Program-made: the position numbers and the translations under genes
DNA from: Octopus sinensis
Lineage: Eukaryota
NCBI RefSeq assembly: GCF_006345805.1
Contig: NC_043011.1
Span: 25,618,464 to 25,682,463 of the forward strand
Direction: 5' to 3'
DNA: 64,000 bases
The notes under the pieces: model-generated
The model's input: the letters and a program-made list of their open reading frames with translations, nothing else
The model's database searches: none
What the model was told of the DNA's origin: nothing
Shown: positions 39,028 to 52,399 of the stretch, piece after piece
How positions within the stretch are numbered: the stretch's first letter is position 1
Layout: each line of letters begins with the position of its first letter

Positions 39028-39466
39028 GTAAGCAAAAAATTAGTTATTCATTTTTTTTCTTTCTTTTTGTCAATAACAGCATCTAATTAGCAATAGGAGG
39101 GAGCGGGGACAGGTATTGTTTCTTGTTATCGTCACTGTCTTCTTCTTCTTCTTCTTCTTCTTCTTCTTCTTCTTCTTCTCTTTCTCACTTCCTCTTCCCC
39201 ATTTTCCTCCTCCCTCATTCTCCTCCTTCCTCCCCACTTCTCCCCACTATTTCCTGTTTCTCCCCCTTCTCCATCACCACTACACCCATTTCGTTATCAC
39301 CATCACCACCAATACCATAATGATGATAATCCTATTAACAACAATTGATGATGATGATGATGATGATGATGATTAATGGTTTGATTTATATTCCTAAGCA
39401 GAAATGAAATTGAATCTCTATTACATCTGTATTGCTTCTGTGTGTCATGTGATAATATTTATGTAG

Positions 39467-39592
39467 GAGGAGAAACTGCAGGACCTGACGCGGGAAGAGG
39501 AACTGATGAAGAAGATGTTACAAGAGAAACAAGAAATGGACATCCAGAGAGCATCACAGAAGAAACAAACTATGGTTGCCAACAATGTTGCT
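39467..39592 (+). CDS. CCDC177: CCDC177-like exon: EEKLQDLTREEELMKKMLQEKQEMDIQRASQKKQTMVANNVA
   Basis: atgtag|GAG ... GCT|gtaagt, 126 nt, phase 0-0, coiled-coil composition. Confidence 0.88.
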
Positions 39593-41349
39593 GTAAGTGG
39601 ACATGTTTTTTTTTTAACACTTGTTTATACTTGTTGAATTCAGCCCAAATATTCTATTTATTTTATGCTCAAACTAGCCAGATCAGGCCTCTCATACCTA
39701 CCCTACAATGTCATTCTTAATTGAAATCTTAAGACATATCATGCTAAGTAAACTCATGGTTGTCCCTGGATACAAGCATATTCCCTGCATCTCTCTTCAG
39801 CTGAGCAATCTTTACAGGCTCATGGGTGCTGGGGGTATGTAAAAAGCACCCATGCTGGTACTGCATAAAAGCACCCAATACACTGTGTAAAGTGGTGGAC
39901 GTTATGAAGGGCGTCAAGCTACAAAAACCATGCCAAAACTGACATGGAGCCTGGGAAGCTGTCAAACCATCCAGTCCATGCCAGCATAGAAAATGGATGC
40001 TAAATGATGATGACAATGATGATGATATAAAAATGTGTGTGTATATGTGTGTGTTTGTGTGTGTGTGTGTGTGTCTTTGATTGCGTGTGTAATTTGACTA
40101 TTACTGCTTTTGGTTTGTTTACGTCTCTGTATCTTAGCAGTTAAGCAAAGATGACTGATAGAATAAATGCAAGACTTAAAAAATAAGTATCATGCGAAGC
40201 ATTATATATGACAGAGAGCAATCTGAATGCTAAAGTGTTAAGGTGTTGAGCTGGCAGAATGGTTAGCATGTTGGGCAAAATGCTTAGAACAGACTAGTGT
40301 TTCATTCAAAAGGAACGTTATGATCACAGTCACTTATATGCCATGGGCATTGGGTAACTGACTTTGTGTGTCCAAGAGCTCAAGTAAAAAAACAAAAATA
40401 TTTGTTTAGTTCATAGATTAATCCAGAGGCAATAAAGGGGGCTTGGCAATGTTCACAACTTTTTTGTAGTGTTTATGTATTTTTTTGCAAGTTTCTTGGT
40501 GTGAAATTGTGTTTTGAAACAAATATTGTTCAACTTGGGGATGGTCATGTTTTGCCAATTAAACACATGCACTATATATTTCGTCTTCACTTCAGCTATA
40601 TTCTTATTTTACTTTCTTCATCAAAGCTCTTTCATCACACATCCTGTGACCTCTTCAATGACTCTCCACCCCATGTGTCTCTTCTTGTTCTGCTTATTCC
40701 ATTTTGCCTATGTGTATGAAAGACAAATGGAATTTGTATGAGAGATGTATGTAAATATTGAAAATTGTCCATCATTGAATGTATTGGTATTCACTGCATT
40801 CTGAATATCTTATCTACTAAATTCAAAAGTAGATACCAATTTTAAGAACTGTACGCTACAACTTTCATTAATTTGAGCTATCGTAATAGATGTTTTTAAA
40901 TCTAAAGGTAAGATTATTTGAATAACATTATTTTCCCCATGGTCAGCTATAATGTTGCTTTCTCCTGAGTTAGAAACAGTGAAAATTAGTGTGGTGGTGG
41001 TGAGAGGTTTCTGATTGTTAAAAAATAAAAATACTGTAAGCTGCAATAAATGCTGGAAAAAGATAAAAATCACTAACTACAAAAATATTTCATTTAGAGT
41101 AATTGAGTTTTAAGAAAAAAGTTTTAAGAAAAAAATAGGTGAGAAAAAGTTTTCTCAGAAAATCAAACAAATAAAAGAAATTTCTTATTTTGGGTTCTAT
41201 GATTACTTTTTCCATATTTTGATGAAGTTCAGCAAATCTGTTTTGCGAATTGTCAGGATATAACAATTCTGAGTGAATTAACACTTCTCAGATGAACTTA
41301 AAATAGTCAGCATTATTTTACGGTAATTTGTCCAAAATATCAAAATAAT

Positions 41350-41660
41350 GCCTAGGGTTCTACAGGTCTTACCCTGGGAGCAATTAGCAAACTGTCAATC
41401 ACCAACCTCTACTAGCAAAATCTTTGACCTCTATCTACTCTTGTGACACTCCTCTACCAAGTCTTGGTATTTAGTTTTCTTCCTCTCTTGAACTTCCTCC
41501 ATTTTCTTGTCCAAGAGCACAGTTAACTCCAGAAGGACTAGCTGCTTTGTTGCCTTGGAAATCAAGAAGATATCTAGTCTCAGCAAGGCCTGGATAATGT
41601 GTGCTGGTAACTTTAACTGTTTCTCCAGATTGACTTTCATCACCCAGTTTTGTGTGCTGA
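41350..41660 (-). mobile_element. RLE-type (HERO/NeSL/R2-like) non-LTR retrotransposon endonuclease fragment
   Basis: WVMKVNLEKQLKLP..LRLDIFL..VLLELTV..EEVQERKKTKYQDLVEEC resembles the R-P-D...E-L-T-V-P...R-K..K-Y restriction-like endonuclease signature. Confidence 0.65.
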
Positions 41661-42119
41661 AAATAATCCTTTTGGTTTGCATTTATTTTAGGTGTTAATA
41701 AATCCAAGCAATGCCAGGTAGTGTAGGTATTGTGTGTGTATGTACATGTGTGCACACATGCGCACATGTGCATGTGTATTAAATTGAGGTCGTTATTTTA
41801 AAGCAAGTTTAACACTGACAATGCAACATTTACTGGTAGGAGGACTCAATACTGAAAATAGAGTGGAATTTATTGTAAAATTCATGTTAACTACTACTTT
41901 AAATTTCAACTAATGGTTTATTCAGCCAGTTTTCTTAAATAATCTGTCAGGTGATACTTAAAAGTTTTAGTCTATATGAATTTGAGTTGGATTTGATAGA
42001 TCAAAACTGGAAGAAGCCTGTTGTTGATACACTCATATATATATATAAATACATATATATATATACATACACTCATATATACATACATTCATATATATAT
42101 ATACATATATATATATATC

Positions 42120-42347
42120 AGGACGCCATGATAGATCGTTAGCTCCTACACGCATTTTTTTCTCTCCTTTATTTTCTCTCCTTGTTTCTCTCCTTGTTTT
42201 TTTCTGTGTATCTTTCTGTTGAAGAGCGTAGGCTCGAAACGTAAAAGACTTGTTCTATTTCCATTCCTGAGCGCTATACTAATACATTTGTTTGTTTGTA
42301 CTCAACCTGCCTTCGTCTTTTGTTTATTTTTGTAAACTTTCCCTTTA
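42120..42347 (+). mobile_element. About 230-bp Penelope pLTR/retrozyme-like element
   Basis: Pyrimidine-rich leader, hammerhead motif, ttcctgagc..taatac..ttgtt segment and aactttc end, all shared with the inverted copy at 50075-50292; flanked by TA microsatellites. Confidence 0.6.
42211..42248 (+). ncRNA. Minimal type I hammerhead motif with core variant CUGUUGA
   Basis: TCTTT-CTGTTGA-A-GAGC gtag GCTC-GAAA-CGT-A-AAAGA; all stems pair. Confidence 0.65.
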
Positions 42348-43046
<699 letters not shown>

Positions 43047-43110
43047 TGGTCATGTAACCACACATATTCTTTTCTCAGACTATTCTTTCTCTTCTGTCTG
43101 GACCTTTCCT

Positions 43111-43146
43111 CTTTCTGATGAAGAACCATGCTTGAAATGTCACACC
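43111..43146 (+). ncRNA. Degenerate hammerhead remnant
   Basis: CTGATGA-AGAACCATGCTT-GAAA-TGTC; the core is present but stems I and II are broken. Confidence 0.35.
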
Positions 43147-43701
43147 TGCTATTTTTTCCATCTTAAACTGAACTTACTCTTTTACTCTTTACTCTTTTAC
43201 TTGTTTCAGTCATTTGACTATGGCCATGCTGGAGCACCGCCTTTAGTCGAGCAAATCGACCCCAGAACTTATTCTTTGGAAGTCTAGTACTTATTCTATC
43301 AGTCACATTTGCTGAACCGCTAAGTTATGGGGACATAAACACACCAGCATCGGTTATCAAGCAATGTTGGGGGGACAAACACAGACGCACAAACATATAC
43401 ACACACATACATACATACATACATATATATATATACACATATATATGACGGGCTTCTTTCAGTTTCCGTCTGCAAAATCCACTCACAAGGCTTTGGTTGG
43501 CTCGAGGCTATAGTAGAAGACACTTGCCCAAGGTGCCATGCAGTGGGACTGAACCTGGAAACATGTGGTTGGTAAGCACACACACATACGCATGCTCTCT
43601 CTCTCTCTTTCTCACACATGCATGCACACACATCATGCACTCATATGTATATGGGTTCCAGCCTGTCTAAATAAATAATCACTAATTCTACTTATTTACA
43701 G

Positions 43702-43775
43702 AAAATGAAGAAAGTCAACACCGAACGTTTTAATAAGTATAAAACACAGAAAGAGTTTTTAAATACACAGGAAAG
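43702..43775 (+). CDS. CCDC177: CCDC177-like exon: KMKKVNTERFNKYKTQKEFLNTQE(R)
   Basis: tttacag|AAA ... AG|gtttgt, 74 nt, phase 0-2. Confidence 0.8.
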
Positions 43776-44312
43776 GTTTGTGATAATTTTTCTTCTTTTA
43801 TGTTTTTAATTCTAAAAGCAACATGGTTTGACAGAATCAGTAGAGAGTTGGACGAAATGCTTTTCAGATTTCCTTTCTTTTTTAAGCCCTTTGCATTTCT
43901 CGACTGTTTTTAAATCTGGGTTGTTTTTGTTTTTACTTCTCTCTAGTTGGATCCCTACTTTTTCAACTCTGTCACAGTATCCCCCCACCCACCTCAGCAA
44001 TGTTTACAATTCCCCCTTTTCTACCTGTCATCTTTTAGCATCTACTTTTCAATATTTGTTTGGATTAGATGGAATTTATTAAGGCAGATTGCATGGTCTT
44101 TCATACTGAACCGGTCAAATTGTTAGATGCCAAACAGATATGAACCACCTCTTCCCAAAGGTAGAAACAGGCTTGCATATGGCCAGTATACCTACCAAGA
44201 AAAAAAAAACAAAGTTACAGAAGCATCAATGACAATTCAAAATCAACAACAGGGAGAAGAAAGTATAGGTCAAATTTAGTTGTCACTAATTGTGACTGTA
44301 AGTGCTTGGTAA

Positions 44313-44378
<66 letters not shown>

Positions 44379-44382
44379 CTAA

Positions 44383-45850
44383 CATGGCGGCCAAAATGAT
44401 CTAAACGGTTGATAAATATAACAAAATAATCAAAAATGACAGAGAATACTGGAATTATTTAATATTTAGTGTGAAGCTCTTTAGCTTCAATCACACTTTG
44501 ACATCTTCGACTGCATGAGGAAATTAAATTTTCAATTTCTTGCTGGGTGATCTTATTCCATTCTTCCCGAAGGGCATTCCATAAATGCTCGGTTGTTTTA
44601 GGATTTCTGGCTTTCGAACGTTCTCCTAGAATATTCCACACATTTTCAATAGGATTGAGATCTGGGTTTTGAGCAGGCCAATCCATAACAATAATCTTTT
44701 CAGCCTTGAGAAAGTTCATGACCACCTTAGCCTTGTGACATGGGGCATTGTCCTGCATGAATATGGGTGGTCGCTTAGTTGAATTTCTCAGCACAGGCAA
44801 GACATGATCTTTTACAAATTGTTTATAAACTCCTGCATTTACCTTTCCATGTAATCGCACCAAAGAGCCAACACCATCTCCAGATATCATCCCCCAAACC
44901 ATGACACTTCCTCCACCGAATTTAACACTAGTCTTAAGGCATTTAGGCGACAATTTTTCACCTACTTTTCGACGAATGTACCTTTTCCCATCTGAGCCAA
45001 ATAGCATAAACTTAGATTCATCACGGAAATGCACCGTTTGCCATTTTTCTTGAGACCACAACACATGTTCGGTTGCAAAGGTAAGACGACACTTTTTATT
45101 CTTGGAGCTGATCAGTGGCTTCACTGCAGGTGCTCTTGCTTGTAGGTCATGTTCAACTAAACGACGAGACAGTTTTTCGAGATAAAGTTTTCTTCAGTAC
45201 AATGCTCATTTCCTGAGAAACAGCAGCAGCAGTTTTAAATCTGTCCTTTTTAACCAACTTTACCATAGCACGATCTTCTCTCTTGGTCATTTTTCTTGGC
45301 CTACCTGTACACTTTCTTGCTTCACACGAACCACAATCATCGTAGACCTTAAGAATACCGTGAACAACACTTTTTCACTTGTTAACAATCTTTGCAATAG
45401 ACACAATACTTAAATTATCCTTCTTTCGAAGCTTAATAATCTGCTGACGAATTGGTAACGGAGCAAGTGGCATTATATTAACAAAGTACACTGCAGATAT
45501 TCTTACTAATGTTTAGTAAACGAACCGTCACGTAAACAAATTCAAAACATTAGAGTTCGCCGGTTAAATATACTAAAACACGGAGTAAAAGCAACCGTTC
45601 TGATCATTTTGGCTGCCATGGGTTTTGCAGTAAATCCCTAAATCATCTTTAACTTTTGTATTATCCTCTCAAATTACAATAACAATTAATATCGTATTTA
45701 TTGTGTGTGAAAATTATAGAAACTAAAACAACTTTGATAAATATAACAAAATAATCAAAAATGACAGAGAATACTGGAATTATTTAATATTTAGTGTGAA
45801 CCTACTTTTCTGACAAAAACAATGCTGTTCTGAACATTTTGGCCGCAACT
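44383..45850 (-). mobile_element. Tc1 DD34E transposon, frameshifted, with rearranged ends
   Basis: 221-aa ORF at 44459-45124 (RDESKF, GGGSVMVWG, QDNAP...DLNPIE with 34-residue spacing); N-terminus MPLAP near 45474; inverted motifs at 44383, 45592-45620 and 45826-45850. Confidence 0.88.
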
Positions 45851-46629
45851 GTATGTAAATGTGTTTGAATGTGTGTATATTCATTTCTCCTTGTCTTGAC
45901 ATCAATATGATAGTTGTAAATGAGTGTCATTGTCATACAAGTGGATCCATTTCAATCCATAATTTTCTGAGAGAACATTTTTTTCAAAGTTATGTCCCAA
46001 AACACTAGTTCTATAAGGGAATGATAACTTATTTTGCTAAATCTTTCACAGACAGTGAAATTCAGTATTAATATGGTTAGAAAAGAGTTAATTATACTCA
46101 GTGAAGCAGAAGAATTAGAGGAACCTGATGATGGTTTGTGTTGGCAAATAATTTGTGGGAAAAATTTCACAAAAATCAAACACGTAAGTATGTTATGAGG
46201 GAGAGGAGATATTTTAGGTTCTAGTCAAGCTTCTCTCTGAAGGAAATCCCCAGTTGAAATGTCAGATTTCTTTCTGTCTGCTTATTAACTTCTTCAAGTT
46301 TGAACCAAGAATTTTTTATACTTAATACTGACAATTTCTAAAAAGAATGAAATAGTTGTTCATGTGATTACCAAAGACTAGATATTTTAGGAACTTTGTA
46401 ATAAGAAACAAAAAAACATTGAATATGTATATTCTATGCATCTTCCATATTTCATAATTTCAGATTCATACTTCTAATTCTACTACATATCAAGAAGAAA
46501 TGATAATCTCCCTTGTACAAACTGTATGCTAGAAGACTCCCTGTGTATACATACTTAAATTATACTTAATTACATTCCAGCTTGCTTACTGACTTATATT
46601 ATATTTATGAACTTTCTGTTCGGTTTCAG

Positions 46630-46737
46630 GGATATTTGTGAGAGTCTATCTCAAGTCCTTGCACAACAACAGGGACAAGTGATGGACAATTTGGAAAAAC
46701 TTACCAATGAACGTGTTGTTTTGCAAAAATATAAACG
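46630..46737 (+). CDS. CCDC177: CCDC177-like exon: DICESLSQVLAQQQGQVMDNLEKLTNERVVLQKYK(R)
   Basis: gtttcag|G ... CG|gtaagt, 108 nt, phase 2-2. Confidence 0.85.
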
Positions 46738-47016
46738 GTAAAGTGAAGAAGAAATAATAGCATCGTGTGTGCTTTGTTTTTTTGCTTTTTTTATTACAAG
46801 CTAAATATCACTGGCAGTTATGGTGATGATAATAAAGATAGTGGCAGGGGTGGTGCTGTTTAACCCCTGGTCAATCCTATTAGACCAGACCAAACCTTTG
46901 ATCAAAGCTGTTTCACTATGAATCAGCTTTTTAATATTTTTCCAGGCACAGGCATGGCTGTGTGGTGAATGGATTTGGTAGACAGAAATTGAAAGAAGAC
47001 ATTTGTAATTGTACTT

Positions 47017-47411
47017 GTATGTATGTATGTATGTATGTATGTATGTATGTATGTATGTATGTATGTATGTATGTATGTATGTATGTATGTATGTATGTAT
47101 GTATGTATGTATGTATGTATGTATGTATGTATGTATGTATGTATGTATGTATGTATGTATGTATGTATGTATGTATGTATGTATGTATGTATGTATGTAT
47201 GTATGTATGTATGTATGTATGTATGTATGTATGTATGTATGTATGTATGTATGTATGTATGTATGTATGTATGTATGTATGTATGTATGTATGTATGTAT
47301 GTATGTATGTATGTATGTATGTATGCATGCATGCATGCATGCATGCATGCATGCATGCATGCATGCATGCATGCATGCATGCATGCATGCATGCATGCAT
47401 GCATGCATGCA
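47017..47411. repeat. (GTAT)77 followed by (GCAT)21
   Basis: Perfect arrays with the switch at 47325. Confidence 0.95.
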
Positions 47412-50074
47412 CACAGTATATGTAAATGTGTGTGTGTGTGTATTTGTTTTTCCTTGTCTTGACATCACGTGATAGTTGTAAATGAGTATCACTGTCATAC
47501 AAGCAGTGCAATTCATTTTTAATGTTCTGTGAGAATATGTCTCTCCATGGGGAAATACTTTTTTGCTTGGAAACAAGGGTTGGCTGCAGGAAGAGCACCC
47601 GACTGTTGGAAATCTGCCTCAATAAACTCTGTCTAACCCATGTAAACATGGAAGAGTGGATGTTAAAACAATGATGATGATGATGATAATACTATATCTT
47701 GAACTACATTCTGATTTTACGTGTTCTTCCTTTTTTATGATGGCAGGGTGTGACAAAGGAGGTTTGACTGTTATTTCTAGCAGATCCAGTGACTCTATAG
47801 AGGCTCTCTCATATCTTATGATAATTCTGCTTGTCATTGCACTACTTAGCCTGTCAGTAACACTTTCATGTGATTAGAGAAAAATAGGAAAAGAAGGAAA
47901 GTGAAAAAGATGGTGGGGGAAAAAGGGAGAGAAAAAGCATCCATGGCATGAAGTAGAGAGAATGTAATTGTAATGTTGACATGTGATTAGTTGAAGAGAA
48001 AGAGAGGAGAATGAAAAAGGAGAGAGAAAAAGAGGATAAGGTGAAGAGTGAGACAAAGGGAGAGAAAGAAAAAGAGGGAGGGAGAAGTGTCCATGACCCG
48101 AGGTAGGGGTGTGTATTTTTTTTTATTCAACTAAGCTTTTTTATATTATCTATCACTTAATGCATGTTCATAAATGCAATTCCATGAAATATTCATGCTT
48201 ATTTACTTGGCAGATATGTGCAATTTAACTAAAGGTTGTATCATATGTATAGTATATTTTTTTTTGTTTATAGGAAAGATGGAAAAATAAGAGTGAATAT
48301 TTATTTTATGAGTGCTGTGTATTAAGTCTATAAAATTGTGCATAAAGTGTTTATATAAGGTGCATTAAGTAGTCATAGTATTTCAAATGAGGATATATAA
48401 GGTAGTCCTTAAATTCTTAATTCAATTTCTTTCACTTTTCAATGCATAGCAAATAAATGATTATCTTTCCATACAGACACAACACAGTCTACACTTTCAG
48501 GCTTTTTGGATAAAGTTTTCAAAAATTACCCAATAGGTTTACCATGAAATATTCATGGGTCTCACTAGTTGGGTTTATTGGTGGTACTTTTAGGGAAGGA
48601 AGTCTTGATGTTATTGATGGTAGTCACTTATTCTTTATTGAGCTAACCCATAATTGAAGTCCTTCCAAAGACAGTAGGGTGTGAATTTGAAGGAGGTGGA
48701 GTAACCTTGTAGAGAATCCCCTTGTTGATAATTGAGGACAGTAGTTATGAAACGGATAAGGACTAGCTGCAGAAGCAGCAGTAGCAGCAGTAGCAGCAGT
48801 GGAGGCGCAATGGCCCAATGGTTAGGGCAGCGGACTCGCGGTTGGAGGATCGCAGTTTCGATTCCCAGACTGGGCGTTGTGTGTGTTTATTGAGCAAAAA
48901 CATCTAAAGCTCCACGAGGCTCCGGCAGGGGGTGGCGGCGACCCCTGTTGTACTCTTTCACTCCAACTTTCTCTCACTCTTTCTTCCTGTTTCTTGTCCC
49001 CAACTTCCTACGCAACCGCTGAGCCTGGATGTGCATTCATCTATCCGTCGATGCTCTTGGTGTCGGGGGGTGGTGGGTGGTGGTGGTGGTGGTGGGGGGT
49101 GAACCTGCTTTCTCTTCTGCGGGTCTTACGAATAGCAAAGAATGTAGTTCAAGATATAGTATTATTATCATCATCACGTTTCGGACTTCTCCCACTGGGA
49201 TGAAGACCGTTTCACTCAACAAACGAACAAAAGCAGTAGCAGCAGCCCTATTAAGGCTTCCAAGTACCCTACAACCTAGCAGTAACCAATCATATTCTTT
49301 GTAAGAAAAATGTACATGTCATGTGCAATGTATGTTTGGGTCAAACTTCAGCTCTTGTAACACTTTTACATAACAAGGGAGGTCACTGTATGATGTATTT
49401 AGCACAGCTGTACAGTATAAGCAACAATGTTGTCTATCTTCACTCCTGGTTATAAACGTAAACTGTAATTTCAATATACACTGTATATGTATATATACAG
49501 TGTGTGTGTGTGTACGTATATGTGTGTGTGTGTGTGTGTTGGCATTATGAAAGGTAAAAATCATGCCAAAGCAAGTGTTAGAGCTCAACACAGTCCTCTA
49601 ACTTGTCAGTTTATGTTGAGCTATCCAAGCCATGCTAGTATAGAAAAGAGGATGTTAAATGATGATGATGATGATGGTGATATACATATATATATATATA
49701 TATATCATCATCATCATCATTGTCGTTTAGCGTCTGTTTTCCATGCTAGCATGGGTTGGACGGTTCTACTGGGGTCTGTGAAGCCAGAAGGCTTCATCAG
49801 GCCCAGTCAAATCTGGCAGTGTTTCTACGGCTGGATGCCCTTCCTAACGCCAACCACTCCGTGAGTGTAGTGGGTGCTTTTTACGTGCCACCCGCACAGG
49901 TGCCAGACAGAGCTGGCAAACGGCCACAAACGGATGGTGCTTTTTATGTGCCACCGGCACAAGGGCCAGGCGAGGCTGGCAACAGACACGAAACGGGGCG
50001 GTGCTGGCAACGGTCGCGAAACGGAAGGTTCTCTTACATGCCACCGGCACTGGTAACACATCTGCAATTTCCAT

Positions 50075-50292
50075 TGAAAGTTAATCCAAACAAGAAAACA
50101 CAAAAAAACACAGCAACGCGAGGACGTGGAACAAATAAAGTATTATTGGATGCTCAGGAAAGAAGGGAAGAAGGAGGGTTTAACGTTTCAAGCGGAGCTC
50201 TTCATCAGAAACAAAGGAGAAAGAAAGATCCCGAGAAGGGAAGACAGAGGAAAAAAAATTGCTGGCGGTGCTCATGAGGTCACATGTTGAAA
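50075..50292 (-). mobile_element. About 220-bp Penelope pLTR/retrozyme-like element
   Basis: Homologous to 42120-42347 and carries the hammerhead motif. Confidence 0.6.
50178..50212 (-). ncRNA. Minimal type I hammerhead motif in a Penelope/retrozyme-like element
   Basis: Minus strand reads GTTT-CTGATGA-A-GAGC tcc GCTT-GAAA-CGT-T-AAAC; palindromic ACGT in place of stem III. Confidence 0.7.
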
Positions 50293-51295
50293 AAAAAAAA
50301 TATATATATATATGTATAGTGTAGGTAATGGGTGTAGACATGGCTGTGTGGTTAAGAAGTTCACTTCCCAGCCATAGCGTTCTGAGTTCAATCCTACTGC
50401 GTGACACCTTGGGCAAATGTTTTCTGCTACACCCTCAGGCTGACCAAAGCCTTGTGAATATATTTAATTGACAGAAACTGTAAAGAAGCCCATCATATGT
50501 GTGTGTGTGTGTGTTTGTGTGTCTTTATTTTGGCATTATGTGGTAGATGTGAATGAGTGTCACTGGCATATAAACAGTGTCCTTCAATATAATGCAATAA
50601 GCTTAAAGAATACAGTGCACATGTGCACTACAGCTTCATTTCCAGTCTTCAATAGAAACATGTTCTACCATAGAGAAATATTTGCTTGCTTGGAAACAGG
50701 TGAGGGTTAGTGATGCAAAGGGTATCTGGGCGTAGAAAATCTGCCTATGAATTCAGTCTAACCCATGCAAGCATGGAAATGTGGGTGTTAAAATGATGAT
50801 GATGAGGATCTATAAGGTAGTCCTTAAATTCTTAACTCTAAACCTTTCAAAAACAAGGATTTTAGGTTCAGTCCCACTGTATGGCACCTTGGGCAAGTGT
50901 TCCTACAATAGCCTCAGGCCAACCAAAGCCTTGTGGGTGAATTCGGTAAACAGAAACTAAAAGAAGCCCATTATGTGTGTGTGTGTGTGTGTGTGTGTGT
51001 TTGTCCCCCAACTCTGCTTGACAACTAGTGTTGGTGTGTTTACATCCCTGTAACTTAGTGGTTCAGCAAAAAGTAATCAATAGAATTAGTACCAAGTTTT
51101 AAAAAGTAAAAAATAAGTACTGGGGTTGATTTATTCAACTAAAATTCTTCAAGGCGGTGCCCCAGCATGGCTACAGTCTAATGACTGAAATAAGTACAGA
51201 ATTACTTTTTCATAAATCATTTTAACTTATGATTTTTTTCTCTCCTCCCTTCAGATTGTAAAACAGAATCTTCCTGTTACTTCTGTCTTTTTCAG

Positions 51296-51398
51296 AAAAA
51301 TCTTTGATAAGAGACTTGAAAGAAGCCGGAATCTCAAACACCAAGGAGAGAAGGAAAAATGTTGTGGCAGAAAGGCAGTGGAAGAACTTGCTGAAGAG
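51296..51398 (+). CDS. CCDC177: CCDC177-like exon: KIFDKRLERSRNLKHQGEKEKCCGRKAVEELAEE
   Basis: tctttttcag|A ... GAG|gtatta, 103 nt, phase 2-0; this frame is compatible with both neighbouring exons. Confidence 0.8.
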
Positions 51399-52399
51399 GT
51401 ATTACTTTTGCTGTTTTTGTCTAAGGTGTTATTATAGGCCATGATCAAAGACATTCCAGCTATGAGTATCTTATTTTATTTTCAGAAATGGTATTCCTGG
51501 GACACATTATCCAGTTTATCTTCCATATTTTCAAGACAATAGGAGGCATTTGACAACTATTTCTAGCAGGAATACATTGTCTAATGTGTCTTTTAAGAAG
51601 ACAGTATGTAAATTGAGGAAAATTTGGCTTACTATTTTTAGCAGTTCTATTGACTGTGTAGATGTGACATTATTGGCTCATCAAATTCTGATGGAATTAT
51701 AATTACCATATCTTGTGGCATTAGGAAGGGCATCTAGCAGTAGAAACCATGCGAAAGCTGATATTGAGGCATGATGCAGCTCTGTGGCTTGTTGGATCCT
51801 GTCAAACTTCCAGCCAATGCCAGCAATGATTAGATGATGATGAGAGTATCTTATAGGAAGCATTTTCCCCCATGAAAAATACCAGAAAATTAGCCTGCAT
51901 CTTATAAATACAAGATTAAGCCTTGAGTGACTGGCAAATAATGGTTGAAGAAAAGACCTGTCAAAATTGAGGCATGCAATTTGAGGAAATTTGGCTACTA
52001 TTTCTAGCAGGTCAGAAACCGTGCAGAAACTCCCTTGTTGTCATTCTCATTGGCTTCCTTATCGCATGAATGTTGGGTAATGACCAAAAAAGTGTGGTTG
52101 TGAATACAAGTGGCCAAGATGAGGTACCTCTGAAGTATCTCTTGAGTAATGTTACTCAATGGGGTGTTTAATTTGGAGATCAGAGATTCCCTGCAAGCAA
52201 AGCCATTACTTCATTGCATTGAGAGGTCACAGCTCTGGTACTATGGACATGTAGATAGAATGCCATAAGAAAGGATTGCAAGACAGATTCTTCAGGCTGA
52301 GCCAACTGGCAGGAGAAGTGCCTGATGGTCATCATCATCATCATCATCATCATCGTTTAGCGTCCGTTTTCCATGCTAGCATGGGTTGGGAATTCACCC

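Noticed and set aside
51255-51295. Upstream acceptor (ccttcag at 51254) extending the 51296 exon
   Set aside because: In the required phase it gives TTG TAA immediately.
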